Shown here piece after piece: positions 60,760-64,000 of a stretch of DNA of 64,000 nucleotides. Under the pieces are notes generated by a model. It saw nothing but the letters and a program-made list of their open reading frames with translations, was not told where the DNA came from and searched no databases. Position 1 is the stretch's first letter; the number at the start of each line of letters is the position of its first letter. Both the position numbers and the translations under genes were made by a program. Origin of the DNA: Octopus vulgaris (Eukaryota). The stretch lies in assembly GCA_951406725.2 (NCBI GenBank), contig OX597815.1:56482001-56546000 (forward strand), read 5' to 3'.

Positions 60760-61820
60760 GTATGCTCTTGTATTATTGCCAGTTTGTGTTACCTTAATAA
60801 TGCATATAAAGCTGTATGCACAATACCACAAAATATGATGGAAAATTTGAGGATAGCTTGAAACACATCAAAGAGGTATTAACAAACCTAGATCAAAACA
60901 TCAACATACTCTTCCTGTGTGATTTCAACCTCCCACATGTCAAATGGCTAGAAGGCCACACCCTCTCTGGGACATCACTGCATGAACAAAAGCATGTAGA
61001 TTCATTATTTGAACTTGCGAATAAGCTGTTCATGGAGCAAGTGATACTCAGGCCAACGAGAGGAAACAACATATTGGACCTATGCTTCACTAATAATGTG
61101 GACCTTATCCATAATGCGAAGGTGACACAACAGCACTCTCAATTCACAACATTGTTGAACTAACTATGTTTGGTCTGTGCAAACTATTTACACAACCTGA
61201 ATTTCCATAAGGCAAAATGGAAATCAATCCACAAAGAGGTCCACAAATGAAAGTGGTCCAACATTCTGTGTATGCAAGACATTGATCTAAGACTCAGCCA
61301 GTTTATGTGAACCGTGCAAGCTATATGCACTAAATATATCCAAGAAAGAAAGGCAAGCGCATTGTTGAACAAGGATCCCAGGGACAGAAAAATCTTCATG
61401 AGACACAGGTCAAAGATCTTAAAGCAGCTGAATAGGCAACTGAAGGAAAGAGAGAAGTCTATCTTAACACATGGACGCTCCTAGAAATTGAAAGTAAGAT
61501 CAAACTCTCTCACGAAAGGGAAAGAGCAGAGAAAGAGAAAAGGGCTGTGGAAAGCATAAAAACAAATCCCAAAGCTTTCTATAAAAGGAAACAGCCACAA
61601 TAAAATAGGACCATTGTTCCAAGGGAATGACTCACTGACGGCAGACCCAGGAAGGATAAGTGAGACACTCTGAACAATTTAAAAATGTCTTCACTTCCCC
61701 ACTTGGACTCATACAGATAAAAAATCCAGCTGAATTCTTTGATATTGCAGCTCTAATAAAGGAGGTGCCAGCTGTTGATTACATCAACATTGAGGAAACA
61801 GATGTAACAGCGGCCATTTA
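60760..61820 (+). mobile_element. Older diverged CR1/L2-group LINE fragment related to copies A/B
   Basis: KFEDSL..CDFNLPHVKW..MEQVILRPTRGNNILDLCFTNN; LNFHKAKW; SHERERAEKEKRAVESIKTNPKAFY. Confidence 0.88.
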
Positions 61821-61829
61821 GAAACCAGC

Positions 61830-63705
61830 ACTTGAATAAATTAAAGAACATTATCTCACAGCTGAAATTATCTGATAAAACTGGTAACCTATATAACATG
61901 AACATTGACTTATACTATGACCTTATGCACAAGGAAATTACTAACATATATAAAATAGTAAATAAGAGCATATTTAGAAACAACAATCTTGAGTACCAAA
62001 AAGTAGTGACCCAATACAATATTGATGACCTGACTGAACCCTTTGTCCCTCTTAGACCTAGAATATATCTTAAGGACCATAAACCAAATTTTTTTACTGA
62101 CCCTAAAGTTAGACTTAGCTGCCAGCAAAATCAGATAAGTGAATTAATCTTAGATAAATATATATAACTTTGGTTTAGTACACAGGAAGATATAAATTGG
62201 TTTAATCAAATAGATAATAAGGATAATCATAGATTTATACAAGTAGGTATTAATGAATATTATTCTTCTATAAAACCCATAGAATTAAATAGTGCTCTAA
62301 TATTTGCTATGGGTCACACTAGTTTGTCTCATAAAGAAATCAATATAATTCTCACTGCTAGAAAACCATTTATTAAATTTGACAATAAATACTGGACTAG
62401 AAAGGATACACCTCACTACTTTGATATACCTATGGGATCTACTGATTCAGCTCAGGTCACTGATATTGTTGGTATAAATATTCTGTATAAGTTCAGTAAT
62501 GAATTTCCAGAAATAGCCAGAGGTTTATAAAGGGACGATGCATTATTTATAATTAAATCTACTAGCAATAGAAAATTATATGAAAATATTTCATAGATTC
62601 TTTAGTATGTTTAGCCTGAAAATTTCTGTAGAAAATGAACATTGTTCTGTAAATTTTTTAGATGTCAACCTTAACCTACTCACAGGAAACCATGCACCAT
62701 ATCACAAACCTAATTCTAAACTAATATATATTAATTATAATAGTAATCATCCCAAAATAATTACCAAATGTTTAGTTAATAAAATACACTGTAGAATTAA
62801 TTACCTCTCGTCTAACAAAGAAATCTTTAATATGTATAAGGACTTTTATAACTCTACATTGGATAAGGCAAGATATACACAAAAAATTAAATTTGAAAAT
62901 AATGATTACCACCAGACAGTCAACAAGATAAATGACAAATTGTCTACAAATACAACTAAACCTACACATAAAATTAATATGCATAACAACACTAATAAAA
63001 ACTACCATTCAAGTAGTTATAATAATAATAATAACAACAACAACAATAATAATAAAATGTATTATACTGAATCAAACTACAAAACTAATAAATGCTTTAA
63101 AATAAGAAACTTATACCATATATAAAATGTATACCTGATAACAACCATAAACACCACAAAAAACAATAATAATAATAATAATAATATAATTTGGCTTATA
63201 TTATCTTATGGAAGACAAATAAAGACAAACCTTATCAAAGTAATTTGTTCAATAATAGATAACCACTTTACTTCTAATAAATACAGTACCATAATTAATA
63301 AAAATTCAATAAGGATGGGATTTTCTATTACTAAAATCATATTTAGACATATCTCATCTTTAAATAACAATAAACTTGATGAATATTATATAAACAGAAG
63401 TATTTCCCCACCAACTAGCAATACACATCCTGCTCAAACTGTCTCTAATATTATACCTAGAGGAAACAGTAAAGCTAATGTTGGCACAGGTAATAATAAT
63501 CTAAATATAAATCTGATTGTAAATTTGATAATTACTGCAAACACAAAAATCTAGTATACAAACCCACAGTTAAATCCGAAGATATTTCTATTATCTTGGA
63601 GCAACAGCATATTACATGAAATATCATATAGTGAACCATGAAGCCTCATTTAGAAATATTAATAAACATAATAGCACAGGACTTAGTAAATTTATATGGA
63701 AACGT
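61830..63705 (+). mobile_element. Penelope-like element (Naiad-type) RT remnant, Asn-rich
   Basis: DKTGNLY, LKDHKPNF..PKVRL, FDIPMGSTDSAQV, RDDAL, NFLDVNLNL..PYHKPN..SNHP, NHEASFR..STGLSKFIW. Confidence 0.85.
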
Positions 63706-63712
63706 ATAGGTA

Positions 63713-63912
63713 GGCACAGGAGTGGCTGTGTGGTAAGTAGCTACCACATGGTTCCAGCTTCAGTCCCACTGTGTGGCACTTTTGGCAAGTGTCTTCTACT
63801 ATAGCCTTACAAAGAATAAGTCCTGTGGTCGATTTGCTCGACTAAAAGCAGTGCTCCAGAATGTCCGCAGTTAAATGACTGAAACAAGTAAAAGAATAAA
63901 AGAAAGAAAGAA
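63713..63912 (+). mobile_element. Internally deleted tRNA/CORE-type SINE
   Basis: ggagtggctgtgtggtaagtagc..ggcaagtgtcttctactatagcc joined to tail gcagttaaatgactgaaacaagtaaaagaataaa. Confidence 0.88.
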
Positions 63913-64000
63913 AATAGTAAGAAAACTTATAAAATCAGATGGAAAGTTATAAATAATGCTCAACCTTATAAACCATCAGCTAAGACATGTTCCCTCTGCT

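Larger units (their letters stand above)
59938..60760 (+). mobile_element. Penelope-like element 3' part (GIY-YIG endonuclease + terminal repeat)
   Basis: LPFVKGLSKKI..VFKS..CVYSIPCSCGRLYKGETCRPLKIRVEEH..SGIADH..LKEAAHM. Confidence 0.9.

Overview
AT-rich eukaryotic (animal) DNA. The SINE and RTE repeat families look like those of octopus (coleoid cephalopod); this is inferred from repeat recognition, not from a search. The window is mostly stacked, nested transposable elements, probably inside long introns of a + strand host gene. Two candidate host exons are visible: 18964-19145 (EF-hand, KASH5/LRMP-like) and 49800-49898 (unassigned). Retroelements: several RTE-clade LINEs of different ages; two CR1/L2-group LINEs with a CCCH-finger ORF1 in divergent orientation (the + copy nearly intact, ending at a 100-N gap); HERO-like and R4/Dong-like elements sharing a duplicated ~680 bp leader; Penelope-like elements (two Naiad-type, one GIY-YIG fragment with a tRNA-like head and a hammerhead-like motif); Gypsy fragments; and tRNA/CORE-type SINEs. 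DNA elements: three Tc1/mariner copies, MULE, Merlin, Helitron and Helentron-type elements, and MITEs. No prokaryotic systems, CRISPR arrays or rRNA genes were seen. The best leads are the splice-site architecture at the RTE 5' end, the leader shared by HERO and Dong, the SINE/CR1 shared 3' tail with compensatory changes, the different 5' monomer arrays and dual-frame ORF1/ORF2 overlap of the CR1-like family, and the tRNA-head plus hammerhead cassette. All family calls come from motif recognition by eye, and many boundaries are approximate.
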